Of a DNA stretch of 64,000 nt, positions 8,781 through 18,349 are shown in pieces. The notes under the pieces were generated by a model. The model was not told the origin of the DNA and searched no databases. It saw nothing but the letters and a program-made list of their open reading frames with translations. Within the stretch, counting starts at the first letter, position 1. Each line of letters begins with the position of its first letter. Location of the stretch: the sequence record MN988561.1; one strand, given 5' to 3'. The position numbers and the translations under genes were made by a program.

Positions 8781-9147
8781 ACATCTCCGTATCGTAGGAG
8801 AGACATATAGATCACGGTATGCACAAAATGTGTATCGTGATGTTAAAGAAAATGATCCAGTCATCCTCGAATGGGAGAAGACCAATCGTATGGATGGATG
8901 TGCTCATAAGGTCTTCGTCTACGATCCAATCAATGAACGAGGTACCCATGTAGGGTATGTCGACCGAAATCAAGCAGCTAGGATTGTTAGTGAACTTGCC
9001 AAGTATAAATACACTGAGAAAACTCATCGTATTGTTGGTAAGATCACGAGGAACAATCCTGGTAAGTACAACGAAATCGAGATACTAGGACTCATCAGCA
9101 CTACAGAGTCTGAACAGCATCTCAAAGATTATTATAGAAGGAAATAA
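8710..9147 (+). CDS. HIRAN domain, predicted as the -1 frame extension of 7928..8719
   Basis: IVGETYR...VILEWEKTNRMDGCAHKV...HVGYVDRNQAARI matches the HIRAN pattern (V.G..Y...V.L..E..N..D..A..V....GY.....A); IVGETYR lies upstream of the only canonical in-frame start (GTG 8830), which has no SD. Confidence 0.75.
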   Translation, partial: RQLSSDSGEDGSRIRLRDLSSELRHLRIVGETYRSRYAQNVYRDVKENDPVILEWEKTNRMDGCAHKVFVYDPINERGTHVGYVDRNQAARIVSELAKYKYTEKTHRIVGKITRNNPGKYNEIEILGLISTTESEQHLKDYYRRK

Positions 9148-9151
9148 CCAC

Positions 9152-10075
9152 ATGGGTGGCGGACGTTTTGATACTAATGCATATGCAAGCCTGTCGACTG
9201 CTCGTACAGTTCGTACTGACGGTACTCGTATGCATCACACTGAAGTCTTCAAAGCTAAGGTCGTGGATAGCAAGTTCTCTCCTCGCAGCATCAAGGTACG
9301 TGAGTCGGTTGACTCTGAGACATCTCCGAATTCTCGTCCGATCATCGTCGGTCTTGACTTCAGTGGATCGATGGGATCGATTGCAGGTGAGATGGCTAAC
9401 AATCAGCTTGGTAAGCTGATGGAGAATGTCGTTGGTACGAAGGCAGTAGCTGATCCTCATCTGCTGTTCCTCGGTATCGATGACGTTCATGCATCCTTCT
9501 CGTCTGAATCTCTTCAGGCTACTCAGTTCGAAGCTGATATTCGTATCGCTGAACAGCTGACTGAACTGAAGAATATCGGTCGAGGTGGAGGTAATGGATT
9601 CGAATCCTACAATCTCGCATGGTACTTCGCTGCATACAAGACGAAGATCGACTCCTTCAAGAAGCGTGGTAAGAAGGGACTCCTCTTCACTATCGGCGAT
9701 GAAGGTGTACCTGCAGATTTGAATGCATCTCATCTTGAGACTGTCTTCGGATCAGGTGATCTTCCTGTTCTCAGCAACGATAGTCTCCTGAGCACTGTTC
9801 GTCAGGAATGGGATGTATTCCACATCATTGCTGAGGAAGGTGACTACTGCAGAAATGGTAGTAGCCATGTCAGCAGGCAGTGGTATGGTCTCCTCGGCAA
9901 TCGTGCTATTCTGATGAGCGACTATCGCTACGTCTCGGATATCATCGTTGCTACGATCGCTGTCAATGAAGGTCGTGATCCGGATGATCTCCTGTCTTCT
10001 TACGAGGACAAGGAAGCTCGTAAGGTTATCGAGCGTGCACTCTACGGTATGCGAGATTTCGCTAAGTCTCTGTAA
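9152..10075 (+). CDS. von Willebrand factor A (vWA) domain protein
   Basis: MIDAS IIVGLDFSGSMG, GGGNGFESY, LLFTIGDEG; N-terminal MGGGRF. Confidence 0.88.
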   Translation: MGGGRFDTNAYASLSTARTVRTDGTRMHHTEVFKAKVVDSKFSPRSIKVRESVDSETSPNSRPIIVGLDFSGSMGSIAGEMANNQLGKLMENVVGTKAVADPHLLFLGIDDVHASFSSESLQATQFEADIRIAEQLTELKNIGRGGGNGFESYNLAWYFAAYKTKIDSFKKRGKKGLLFTIGDEGVPADLNASHLETVFGSGDLPVLSNDSLLSTVRQEWDVFHIIAEEGDYCRNGSSHVSRQWYGLLGNRAILMSDYRYVSDIIVATIAVNEGRDPDDLLSSYEDKEARKVIERALYGMRDFAKSL

Positions 10076-10100
10076 TCTGCTCCAATAATCTTGGACTGAA

Positions 10101-10142
10101 TAGGTGAACTAGAGCTCCCTAAGAGATTTCTTCTTAGGGAGC
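10101..10142 (+). promoter_or_regulatory. Degenerate motif copy 3, embedded in an 11-bp hairpin
   Basis: TAGGTGAACTA-13nt-GATTTCTTCTT; GCTCCCTAAGA (10114-10124) pairs with TCTTAGGGAGC (10132-10142). Confidence 0.55.
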
Positions 10143-10175
10143 AATCCCGTTTAACTCAACTAGGATTTCACTACT

Positions 10176-11426
10176 ATGAAGAATGCTCATATCGTTATTG
10201 GTGCACAATACGGAGATGAAGGGAAGGGTAGTACTGTTAATCTCCTTGCTCAGAAATATCCAGATGCATTGAATGTCAGGTTCAATGGTGGAGCTCAAGC
10301 AGGACATACTGTGACACTCGAGGATGGTCGTCGTCACGTATTCTCTCACTTTGGATCAGGTAGTCTCCAAGGACTGGATACGTATTTCAACGAGTCTTCC
10401 ATCGTGAATCCTTGGAGATTCAAGGATGAGCATACTGTAATCATGAGTGAATTCGGTCTGAGTCCTCTTGTTTTTGTACATGAGAATGCTCTGGTCACGT
10501 CGCCATACGATATGGCAATCAATCAACTCTGGGAGACTTGCCGTAGTGGAGATCGTCACGGATCCTGCGGTATGGGTATTTATGAGACGATCCTGAGATC
10601 TCGTAATCCTGAATCTCTTGTACGAGTACATGAACTAGTTTATCATGTCTTTGAAGACATCAATGATCGGTACAAAGAATATGCGTATCGTAGACTCCAA
10701 GATGTCAGGGATTTTCATCCTGACTGTGAAGAATTCATTAAGGATACTGAGAAATTTATTGATAGTGAAGATGTTACTCGTCAGTTCTTTCTCGACTATT
10801 CATTCTTCATGTCGATGATTAATGTTGTTAAAGACGATATTAATATCTATCCGCAGTACGATACTGTGATCTTCGAAGGAGCTCAAGGTCTCCAACTCGA
10901 CCAGAATTATGTTGAGTATCTAGGTAATCTGCCTCATGCTACTCCATCCAATCCTGGACTAGGTAACAAGTCACTCCACGATGCATTCGAGAAGTATGGT
11001 CTCACTGAAGACCATATTCACGTGTACTATCTGACGAGATTCTATCAGACTCGTCACGGTAATGGACCATTCGATCGTGAGGTTAATCCTGACGCTCTAG
11101 GCGACATTGTTGATCTCACCAATATCGACAATCCTCATCAAGGATCGATTCGGTATGCTCCACTCAATGTCTTCAGTCTACTCGAAGCAGTCGAGTTCGA
11201 TCTTCAGTACATCGATAACTGCAGACCATATCTTGTGGTCACATGTGTTGACCAAGTTGTCAACGATGAAGTTGTCATCAAAGCATTGCATGATGACAGT
11301 CACGTTAAGATTCCATTCGAGGATTTGAAGATGATCCTACGGGATAACTTTGAATTCATGTACGGTATCTTCTACTCTGACGGAAAATCTATGAAATACG
11401 AGGAACATCTTTATGTCGCAGCATGA
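10176..11426 (+). CDS. purA: Adenylosuccinate synthetase-like protein (divergent PurA clade)
   Basis: GAQYGDEGKG, RFNGGAQAGHT, IFEGAQG, TRHGNGPF; Asp-binding loop and TKLD motif diverged (TNIDNPHQGSIRY; TCVD). Confidence 0.85.
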   Translation: MKNAHIVIGAQYGDEGKGSTVNLLAQKYPDALNVRFNGGAQAGHTVTLEDGRRHVFSHFGSGSLQGLDTYFNESSIVNPWRFKDEHTVIMSEFGLSPLVFVHENALVTSPYDMAINQLWETCRSGDRHGSCGMGIYETILRSRNPESLVRVHELVYHVFEDINDRYKEYAYRRLQDVRDFHPDCEEFIKDTEKFIDSEDVTRQFFLDYSFFMSMINVVKDDINIYPQYDTVIFEGAQGLQLDQNYVEYLGNLPHATPSNPGLGNKSLHDAFEKYGLTEDHIHVYYLTRFYQTRHGNGPFDREVNPDALGDIVDLTNIDNPHQGSIRYAPLNVFSLLEAVEFDLQYIDNCRPYLVVTCVDQVVNDEVVIKALHDDSHVKIPFEDLKMILRDNFEFMYGIFYSDGKSMKYEEHLYVAA

Positions 11427-11970
11427 CTCTGAGGGAGATCAGATCGAACAAGCGATCGCTGAATACTTCCAGATGAAGCATAGTGGAACTAGTTTCACTG
11501 TTAGTGAACCATTCAAGTTCACGATTGAGACTACTCGACGAGAGAAGACATTATGCATTGCTGAAGATAAGATGCATCGTGGTGGAGTGACGATGTGGTA
11601 CGCAGAGGATCAAATACTACCTGATCCTGAAACTGCTACTCTACGTGAAATTTCTGACGCAATCTCCAGATTGCAGAATCTTGTTCTCAATAGTAGTGCA
11701 GGTTCTGCTAGAGATGATGCTGTCAGAGACCGTGATCGATTGAATAGAGCTATCACAGTAAAGATGGGATCACATAAGGCTATGGAGTATCTTGGAGGTA
11801 TTCTTCATTATCTCCAAGACCTGCATCCAGATGATCAGTGTAAAGCATATGACGATGCTCTGTTCTTCTACAACTTCCATAATCCCAACTCACGAGTAGA
11901 ACCTACTGGTCTAGGCTATACTAGTCTCGTGCAGCCTTCCTTGTTAGGAGATGATAGTGAATCGCGTTGA
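11413..11970 (+). CDS. Hypothetical protein
   Basis: ORF track; overlaps the purA-like stop. Confidence 0.65.
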   Translation: MSQHDSEGDQIEQAIAEYFQMKHSGTSFTVSEPFKFTIETTRREKTLCIAEDKMHRGGVTMWYAEDQILPDPETATLREISDAISRLQNLVLNSSAGSARDDAVRDRDRLNRAITVKMGSHKAMEYLGGILHYLQDLHPDDQCKAYDDALFFYNFHNPNSRVEPTGLGYTSLVQPSLLGDDSESR

Positions 11971-12282
11971 TAAGATTAAAGCATTGGATAATGCTACTGA
12001 ATGTAGGTGGTACGTCGATATCGCATTTGACGTAGGTACCGCAGAAGCTCGTACTATGATGTACGGATCAGAAATGAATCGATGGAAATTCAGTGGATCA
12101 CCTGAAGATCTTGACGAACTTATCGACAATTCTCTCCAAGCTGCTTATGAAGAAGTAGTAGAACATAAAGTTAAGCTGTACTCTGATATGCCTTGTCATG
12201 ACTTTCTACCTGATGATCGTAATCTGATGAACTCGTACGATAATGCATCTTTCCATAACCTAGAACATCTGTGGGTAGGACT

Positions 12283-12681
12283 ATGAGTGGATTTGAACGT
12301 ATTAAACCTGAAGATATTGACGTAGGCGTATACATCTGGTATGGTGGACAGATGTCAGTATCTGGATGGGATTGCCCAGGTATCATCTATGAGGTCAATG
12401 AAGAGGAGCAATGGTTCCGTATCCAGTCTCTAGACGATCTCAATAAGAATGAACAGAAGTATGAGTTCGTACCTGATGATCGTAGTGCTACGTCTAGTCT
12501 TACTATTCGTAAGATTTCTGTTGAGGAGGCATTCGACTATGTCCGTAAGATTAAGGATGCTAAGCATTCTCGTATCGGTGATGTCGAAGAGACTCTCCGT
12601 AAGGCTAAGCAGGATGCACTGAATTTTCAGGTGTTCTTTGACAATATGAAGAAAGAGATCAAGAATGTTGAATCTGTCTGA
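12283..12681 (+). CDS. Small SH3/KOW-like domain plus coiled coil
   Basis: EDIDVGVYIW...GIIYEV beta-barrel pattern then a charged helix; similar layout to 12665..13048. Confidence 0.45.
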   Translation: MSGFERIKPEDIDVGVYIWYGGQMSVSGWDCPGIIYEVNEEEQWFRIQSLDDLNKNEQKYEFVPDDRSATSSLTIRKISVEEAFDYVRKIKDAKHSRIGDVEETLRKAKQDALNFQVFFDNMKKEIKNVESV

Positions 12682-13048
12682 GATTAAGGTAGGAGACTAC
12701 CTGTGGATGGAATTTGAATTCGAAGATGACTATCCTGGACGAGAGGATATTGATGAGCCTCTCAGAATTATGGCGATCAATGGAAATGTTCTTCTAGTAA
12801 TGTACTTGAAGAGTCTCTCAGGTACATTACGATCGATTGATCTTGATACTATTCATTCTCGTACTAAATTGTACAAACCTACTACTGACAAATTGAGATC
12901 ATTCCTGCTTCATCTTGCTGCTAAGACGAGAGATCGTATTGAGGCTTTGAAGAAAGAGAAGAGTGACAACGATGTTCTCCTTAATAATACTCGTAGCATT
13001 CTCAAAGAATTGATGGAATCAGATGATGCAAGCAAAGCTACCGTATGA
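12665..13048 (+). CDS. Small SH3/KOW-like domain plus coiled coil
   Basis: SEIKVGDYLW...LRIMAI then a heptad-rich helix. Confidence 0.45.
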   Translation: MLNLSEIKVGDYLWMEFEFEDDYPGREDIDEPLRIMAINGNVLLVMYLKSLSGTLRSIDLDTIHSRTKLYKPTTDKLRSFLLHLAAKTRDRIEALKKEKSDNDVLLNNTRSILKELMESDDASKATV

Positions 13049-13904
13049 TCTTGTGATTGACAATGATACTATGTGGTTCGCAGGAGATGATGTCAAGTTT
13101 GAATGCCATGTATGGAGTGACGGATCTATGTCCATCATGATACATCGAGGTACTGAATCTGTTCTTCTCCATTTTGATAACATCAGTGAAGCTGAAAAGT
13201 CAGGATGGAATGTATGATGTATAATACGAATCTCGGATTCTGGGTAGATCTCAATCAGATCGCTATGATTAGTGAGTTCCTCAAAGGACGAGATCATCAT
13301 TCGATTAAATTCTGCATATTGTACAAATATAGCTCTCAAGAAATATGGTACGAGTACGGAGTATTTGGTGACTCTACTCCGTACTTCATTCAGAAGAAGA
13401 TGTATGAAGCATACAGGAAACTGAATGAAGCTTACGATTACAGTGAGATACCGAAGTTTACGACTGAGTTCTACCTCGAGATGTTTGAAGACTTGGTAGA
13501 GTCTATCGAAGAGCATCTTATCAACCTTATTAATGAGAAGATTAAGCACGATGCTAAGTAAGAGATTCTATGATACTGGTCTGGGATTTTATGTCGATCT
13601 CGAGCATATCCAAGCAGTTTCTAATGCTCAGGATACTCATCGATATGGTGAAGTGTGTTTCTCGATAAAGTACATGATGGGTGCAGGTAATCACACATTG
13701 TATAACTTTAGTACGTACTATGGTGATACTGAATTCGAGAAGGAAGTACTCGCAGCTACCAGAGCACTTTCAGACTCTCCTGAATGGAGAAAGCTCACTC
13801 AAGATCCTGACAAGAGGAGAATGCTAAGTAGAGTTACGATACCTATTCTCCAAAAGTACATTGACAGGATGTGGGAAGCTAAGAGCGAATTCCTCTCATC
13901 ACAA

Positions 13905-13945
13905 TAGGTTCACTTAGGGTCCTAAGAGGATTCTTCTTTGAAGGG
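13905..13945 (+). promoter_or_regulatory. Bipartite motif copy 4
   Basis: TAGGTTCACTT-13nt-GATTCTTCTTTGAAGGG; TAG is the stop of 13533..13907. Confidence 0.8.
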
Positions 13946-13980
13946 TGCGAGGGCATCCGAAATTCAACGGAGAAAAGATT

Positions 13981-14559
13981 ATGACGCAGATTGCAGAAGA
14001 ATTCCAGAAGATTGGTCTCATCTCGGAGAAGATGAAGAACGATCTCGAGCTCGATCTTGACGAGCAGTTCATGGTCGGTCTGGAACTTGGTAACAAGTAC
14101 GACCTCGTGAGCTGGGGATCCTTCAATGAGTTCATCAAACCGACTCTGAAGAATTTCTTCAAGGAGTACGTCAACTATCGGTTCTCGATCGGGATCGTAA
14201 TCCTCCGTGAAGATCTCGAAAGGATCCTGATTCGGATTCTTGAGGAGCGCTGCAAGGGAGTTATCGCTACGACCTGCAAGGCTAAGAAAATCAATCCCTT
14301 CCAGATTCGAGAAATCGAGAAGGATAAGGGATTGACGATGGGAATCGTCCGAGGCATTCGTGTCTTCAAGAAGCGTCGTAAGTTGATCGTGAAAGAAGAC
14401 CAGATCCTCCAGTACGATTCTCAGCTTCGCTCGGTCAACATCGTCTACCTCTGGGAGATGGTGAAGAAGGTCCGTCAGGATATGGAGAAGGCTAATCGCG
14501 ATCTCGTCGCATCCTTCGATCCTTCCAAGATCACTCGAGTAGAAGTGGCTAAGAAGTAA
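13981..14559 (+). CDS. Hypothetical protein, first gene after motif copy 4
   Basis: GGAG SD then ATG 13981 (the track start 13945 lies inside the motif). Confidence 0.75.
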   Translation: MTQIAEEFQKIGLISEKMKNDLELDLDEQFMVGLELGNKYDLVSWGSFNEFIKPTLKNFFKEYVNYRFSIGIVILREDLERILIRILEERCKGVIATTCKAKKINPFQIREIEKDKGLTMGIVRGIRVFKKRRKLIVKEDQILQYDSQLRSVNIVYLWEMVKKVRQDMEKANRDLVASFDPSKITRVEVAKK

Positions 14560-15923
14560 ACGTGGAGAAGTAGTAAAGGAGTCGCACGTGAATGAAGTGA
14601 AATCAGAGATCTCCCTATCGGACAAGTCTGTTAAGGAGATCGACCAGATCATTCTTGAGAGATGTCACGAGATCGAGAGTGAACATGATGGAATCGACCA
14701 TGATGTAGCTCTCGCTCAAGCGACTGAAGAGATCGTCAAGAAACTGTCTGAAGAATTTCGAGCAGTCTAATGCTGGAAGTGCTCAGCTTTAAACTAGTAG
14801 CTACGGGTATTTATTATATCCGTAGCAGAGGTACCGAAAGAGTAGGCAGTAGATTCTACGACACATCATATGTCAATGAGTCTACTGCCAATCTTTTAAA
14901 GGATTTTCTCATCAAACGATGGGAAGAATGTCCAATTGAGCGAATTACCGACCTAAGAGACTTCTTTGTTATACCTCATGGGCATATCTCCTTCTCATCT
15001 ATGACACCTAAGGAATTATTTGACTCACAATTTAGTCGATTCAAATTTGGTACATCTAAGATGAAGAGAAACGTTATGAAACATCTAATTGGATTGTATC
15101 CAGATTTGAAATAGTACTAATGAGCTTTACGCATAAAATTATCTTTATTGTAGTTATAGTTTTGACGATTGGATTCACTTCATTGTTCCTGTTCGACGAA
15201 TCCATGTACTACCCATCAAATAGGTTGAGACAAGTATGTAGACCTGTCTCCCAGAACAAGTGCGCGATTTATATCTACGAGGTCAAATAATGAAAGCTAA
15301 GCATGTCTCTGATGAACGTAAGCTCTATGATCTCTGTAAGGAATTCATCGAAGAGCAGTTTATCCATGACAAGGATGATGCTGAATGGGTCACTGAAGAT
15401 GACAAATTTAAGTTCATCATGAAAGTTTGTGAGATCATAGGATTCAAGGAATTGGTGAAATGAAATTACTAGGTGAGACTATCGAAGTCACTACATCAAC
15501 TGTCTTCAAAGGAGAGCTAGGTACTGTTATCGAACAGTCGAGGACTACTCTGACAGTAGACTTCGATGGTCGCATCGGTAAGTATGATCTGTTCAAGAAT
15601 GAGTTCATCGTCTACAAGAACTTCAAACTCGAGAGACCTGTCGAATTGATCAGTCTCAAATCTATCGAAGGAGAGTTAGTCTATGCAGAATATTCAGAGC
15701 GAGTCATGTGACCGGCTAAGTGTTAAGAGACCTGATCCTATGGTCTCTCCTAGTCGTCCTCTCACGAATGATGAGAGATACCATCTCATCAAAGCTTCTC
15801 AGAGGACTCAGTCGGATTATCCTAAGGTACGTCTCTGGTATGAATACTTCAGAGACAGTGGTCAGTGCAGTATGATGGATATTCAATACGTTATCTCAAT
15901 CGCTATCACAGCGATGATCCAAG

Positions 15924-16358
15924 ATGAGCTCGAATCCAATGAAGTATGATCAGGACTTGTATAGCAAATACGGATACTGGATTAAGTCCGACGGTACGAT
16001 TCTGTACCTGGACTCGATCTATGGTCACAACGATCTCGCTAAGGAGAGTGGTGATTTCGATCCAAGTATGTCTGGTAATGACTGCTACTCTGCTGCTATT
16101 GACAGTGGATGGATTCGGATTAACATCAGTGCATATACTGCAGCATGGGGACTTCATTGGAACTATGCTGAAGCCAAGATCACTGATGAAGCAGTCAAGG
16201 GATTCAAGCATCTGATCAGATTGCATGGACCTGATGAAGTCGATACTGGTGTAGCTCTCCAGATTCACTACAAAGATGCGATCGAACTTATGCAAGGTCG
16301 GATGAGCATCGATCAATTGAATGAGAAAATCAAGAAGAAGGAAGATGAATATTACTGA
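15924..16358 (+). CDS. Hypothetical protein
   Basis: ORF track, + strand; YGYWIKSDG...GHND...GWIRI. Confidence 0.6.
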   Translation: MSSNPMKYDQDLYSKYGYWIKSDGTILYLDSIYGHNDLAKESGDFDPSMSGNDCYSAAIDSGWIRINISAYTAAWGLHWNYAEAKITDEAVKGFKHLIRLHGPDEVDTGVALQIHYKDAIELMQGRMSIDQLNEKIKKKEDEYY

Positions 16359-16817
16359 CACTATTTCATGGTATCTCACGTTTGTTACTACTGTATCTTA
16401 TTTGATGATACTGGTTGTAATGCGAGTCCATTACATTCATAATTATTCAAGAGATACAAGATGGTACTATGCATCGATGATGATCATCTTTAGTATTCAA
16501 GGTACGGTCGGATTGATGCTTCTCATGATTCACAATGGAGTTATTAGATGAAAAGATACAGAGAGTGGCGATATGGATTCCGAATAGGTACCAACTATTC
16601 GGAGTTATCCAATGTCAAGTCAAAGTGGAGGATCTGGATTCGTATGTGAGTCCATGAGTCCTCAGCGCATGCCTAATATGAAGGCATTCAAACCATTCTG
16701 CTTGTGCTGTGTAGGTAAGGTATATCGTAAGGGATACGTTCTCAGCAAAGCTAAGTCTCGATTTAAGAATCGTCGACTTCATCGCGGTAAGCCTCGTTAT
16801 AAGGATCATCGCGCATA

Positions 16818-17129
16818 ATGTCTAGGACCACGAGACTCTGCAAACCTTATATCATTTACTACAATTACCATAACCTCGGAGATCCTGATCCTCGAGATGC
16901 GTCTCAGAATGGACGTGATGGTAGTAAGTACAAGAGTGCACTGTACGACGATTACATAAAACAACCTGGATGGTCTCGAGATCATTATGTTGGCATGAGT
17001 ATTCGTCGTAGTTGCAAGAAATCTGCTCGTCGTCATCGTCGACGTGAAGATCTTCAGACTGTCTGCAAGGAGATTCTGGAGTACTTTCATGACGACGAAT
17101 TCAGCGTTGATGAGCCTTCCTCTTTGTAA
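16818..17129 (+). CDS. Basic Arg-rich small protein
   Basis: MSRTTR start; RRSCKKSARRHRRRE; TAATG-coupled to basic Cys-containing 16612..16818. Confidence 0.6.
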   Translation: MSRTTRLCKPYIIYYNYHNLGDPDPRDASQNGRDGSKYKSALYDDYIKQPGWSRDHYVGMSIRRSCKKSARRHRRREDLQTVCKEILEYFHDDEFSVDEPSSL

Positions 17130-17146
17130 GTAAGAATATATTTTAT

Positions 17147-17188
17147 AGGCCTCATTTAGTAGAAATGCTAGATGAGGCCTTTTCTTTT
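17147..17188 (+). terminator. Intrinsic terminator
   Basis: AGGCCTCATTTAG...CTAGATGAGGCCT then TTTCTTTT. Confidence 0.85.
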
Positions 17189-17205
17189 ACCTTATTGGAG
17201 CATCA

Positions 17206-17781
17206 ATGAATTACAACATTGACACGACTGAAGCAGAGCTACGAGAGCAGCTTCAGCAGAAGAATCGTGAGTTAGATCTGAAGTCACCTGATCTTCCCGA
17301 TTTCACAATCAGCAAGAACATGAAGAAAGATCGGGATGATCTCAAGAAGTATCTTTACTTCTTGATCAGTAATCAATCCGATTTTGTCAAGACACTTTAC
17401 AAATACAGTGACAAGACTATGGAGATGACAGTCTCTTCAGACGAGTGTGGATGGAGACCTAAGTCACATATCTCTCGTGTCGTATGTAACTTGAATCTGA
17501 AGACTCTTAAAGTCACGTACGAAGCATATGAGACTTCATTTGGTACTCTCAATTCATATGCGAATCGTCCAGTTGAACATAAACTTATATTCAAGTACAA
17601 GTTTATTATTCCTCCATCTGCACTAATGAAGCTTACTGAAAGATTCGAGAATGCTGCATGTGAGTGTATGAAGAAGCTCGAGATCGATCGTGAGATTGCT
17701 AAGAAGAAGCAAGATGAGAAGGATCGTCTACTCGGACTGATTGACTTTGAGGTAGAGCAACAATTAAATCGTAAGTCGTAG
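17206..17781 (+). CDS. Hypothetical protein
   Basis: GGAG SD; ends at the TAG of motif copy 5. Confidence 0.7.
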   Translation: MNYNIDTTEAELREQLQQKNRELDLKSPDLPDFTISKNMKKDRDDLKKYLYFLISNQSDFVKTLYKYSDKTMEMTVSSDECGWRPKSHISRVVCNLNLKTLKVTYEAYETSFGTLNSYANRPVEHKLIFKYKFIIPPSALMKLTERFENAACECMKKLEIDREIAKKKQDEKDRLLGLIDFEVEQQLNRKS

Positions 17782-17818
17782 GTGCAGTTAGAGTTCTCGA
17801 GGGATTCTTCTTTGAAGG
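17779..17818 (+). promoter_or_regulatory. Bipartite motif copy 5
   Basis: TAGGTGCAGTT-13nt-GATTCTTCTTTGAAGG. Confidence 0.8.
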
Positions 17819-17848
17819 CTCCGAAGGTCGGAGTTCAAGGAGAATGAT

Positions 17849-18172
17849 ATGTCGACTTCTGTTACAACTGCGACGTACTACGTAGCCAAGACGAAGGCTA
17901 CTCGTACTCGTGACGATCAAGTCCTCAAGCACAATATCGGTGATGAGTTCACTCTCGTCGCTGGTGAGTGGATTGGTATGGATGGTTATCGTATGCCTGG
18001 ATGGACTGAGTATCTTCCTGCCAAGTTCCCTCTCCTCATCAATGCGATGGACTACATCAAGCATCTTCCTGGAGAGATGTACGGATTCAAGGTGATCCCT
18101 GATACGGTCAGTTTCAGTAAGGTCACGGTAACGACTACGACTGAAGAAGAGGAGGTCACTCTCGATGCCTAG
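17849..18172 (+). CDS. Hypothetical protein, first gene after motif copy 5
   Basis: AAGGAG SD then ATG 17849. Confidence 0.75.
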   Translation: MSTSVTTATYYVAKTKATRTRDDQVLKHNIGDEFTLVAGEWIGMDGYRMPGWTEYLPAKFPLLINAMDYIKHLPGEMYGFKVIPDTVSFSKVTVTTTTEEEEVTLDA

Positions 18173-18349
18173 CAAGGAAATGCAGGAGATTCAGAAGAGA
18201 TGGAATGACAAGTATGGTCATCTGTCTCTCGAGGATCGTGAAGCACTGATCAAGAAGGAGACTGAAGAAGGTCTTCGTCGATTGAAAGATGCAGGCATTG
18301 TACCTACGATGACTGCTGATGAACTCATGAAACTCACGAGGGATAGATA

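Noticed and set aside
8738-8797. ATG 8738 as the start of the HIRAN gene
   Set aside because: It is in a different frame, ends after 19 codons at TAG, abuts the GGAGAGG with essentially no spacer, and lies inside the stem-loop.
10176-11426. PurZ / 2-aminoadenine (Z-genome) pathway
   Set aside because: The catalytic Asp in GDEGKG is retained (PurZ has Ser), and no MazZ or DatZ partner is recognisable next to it.
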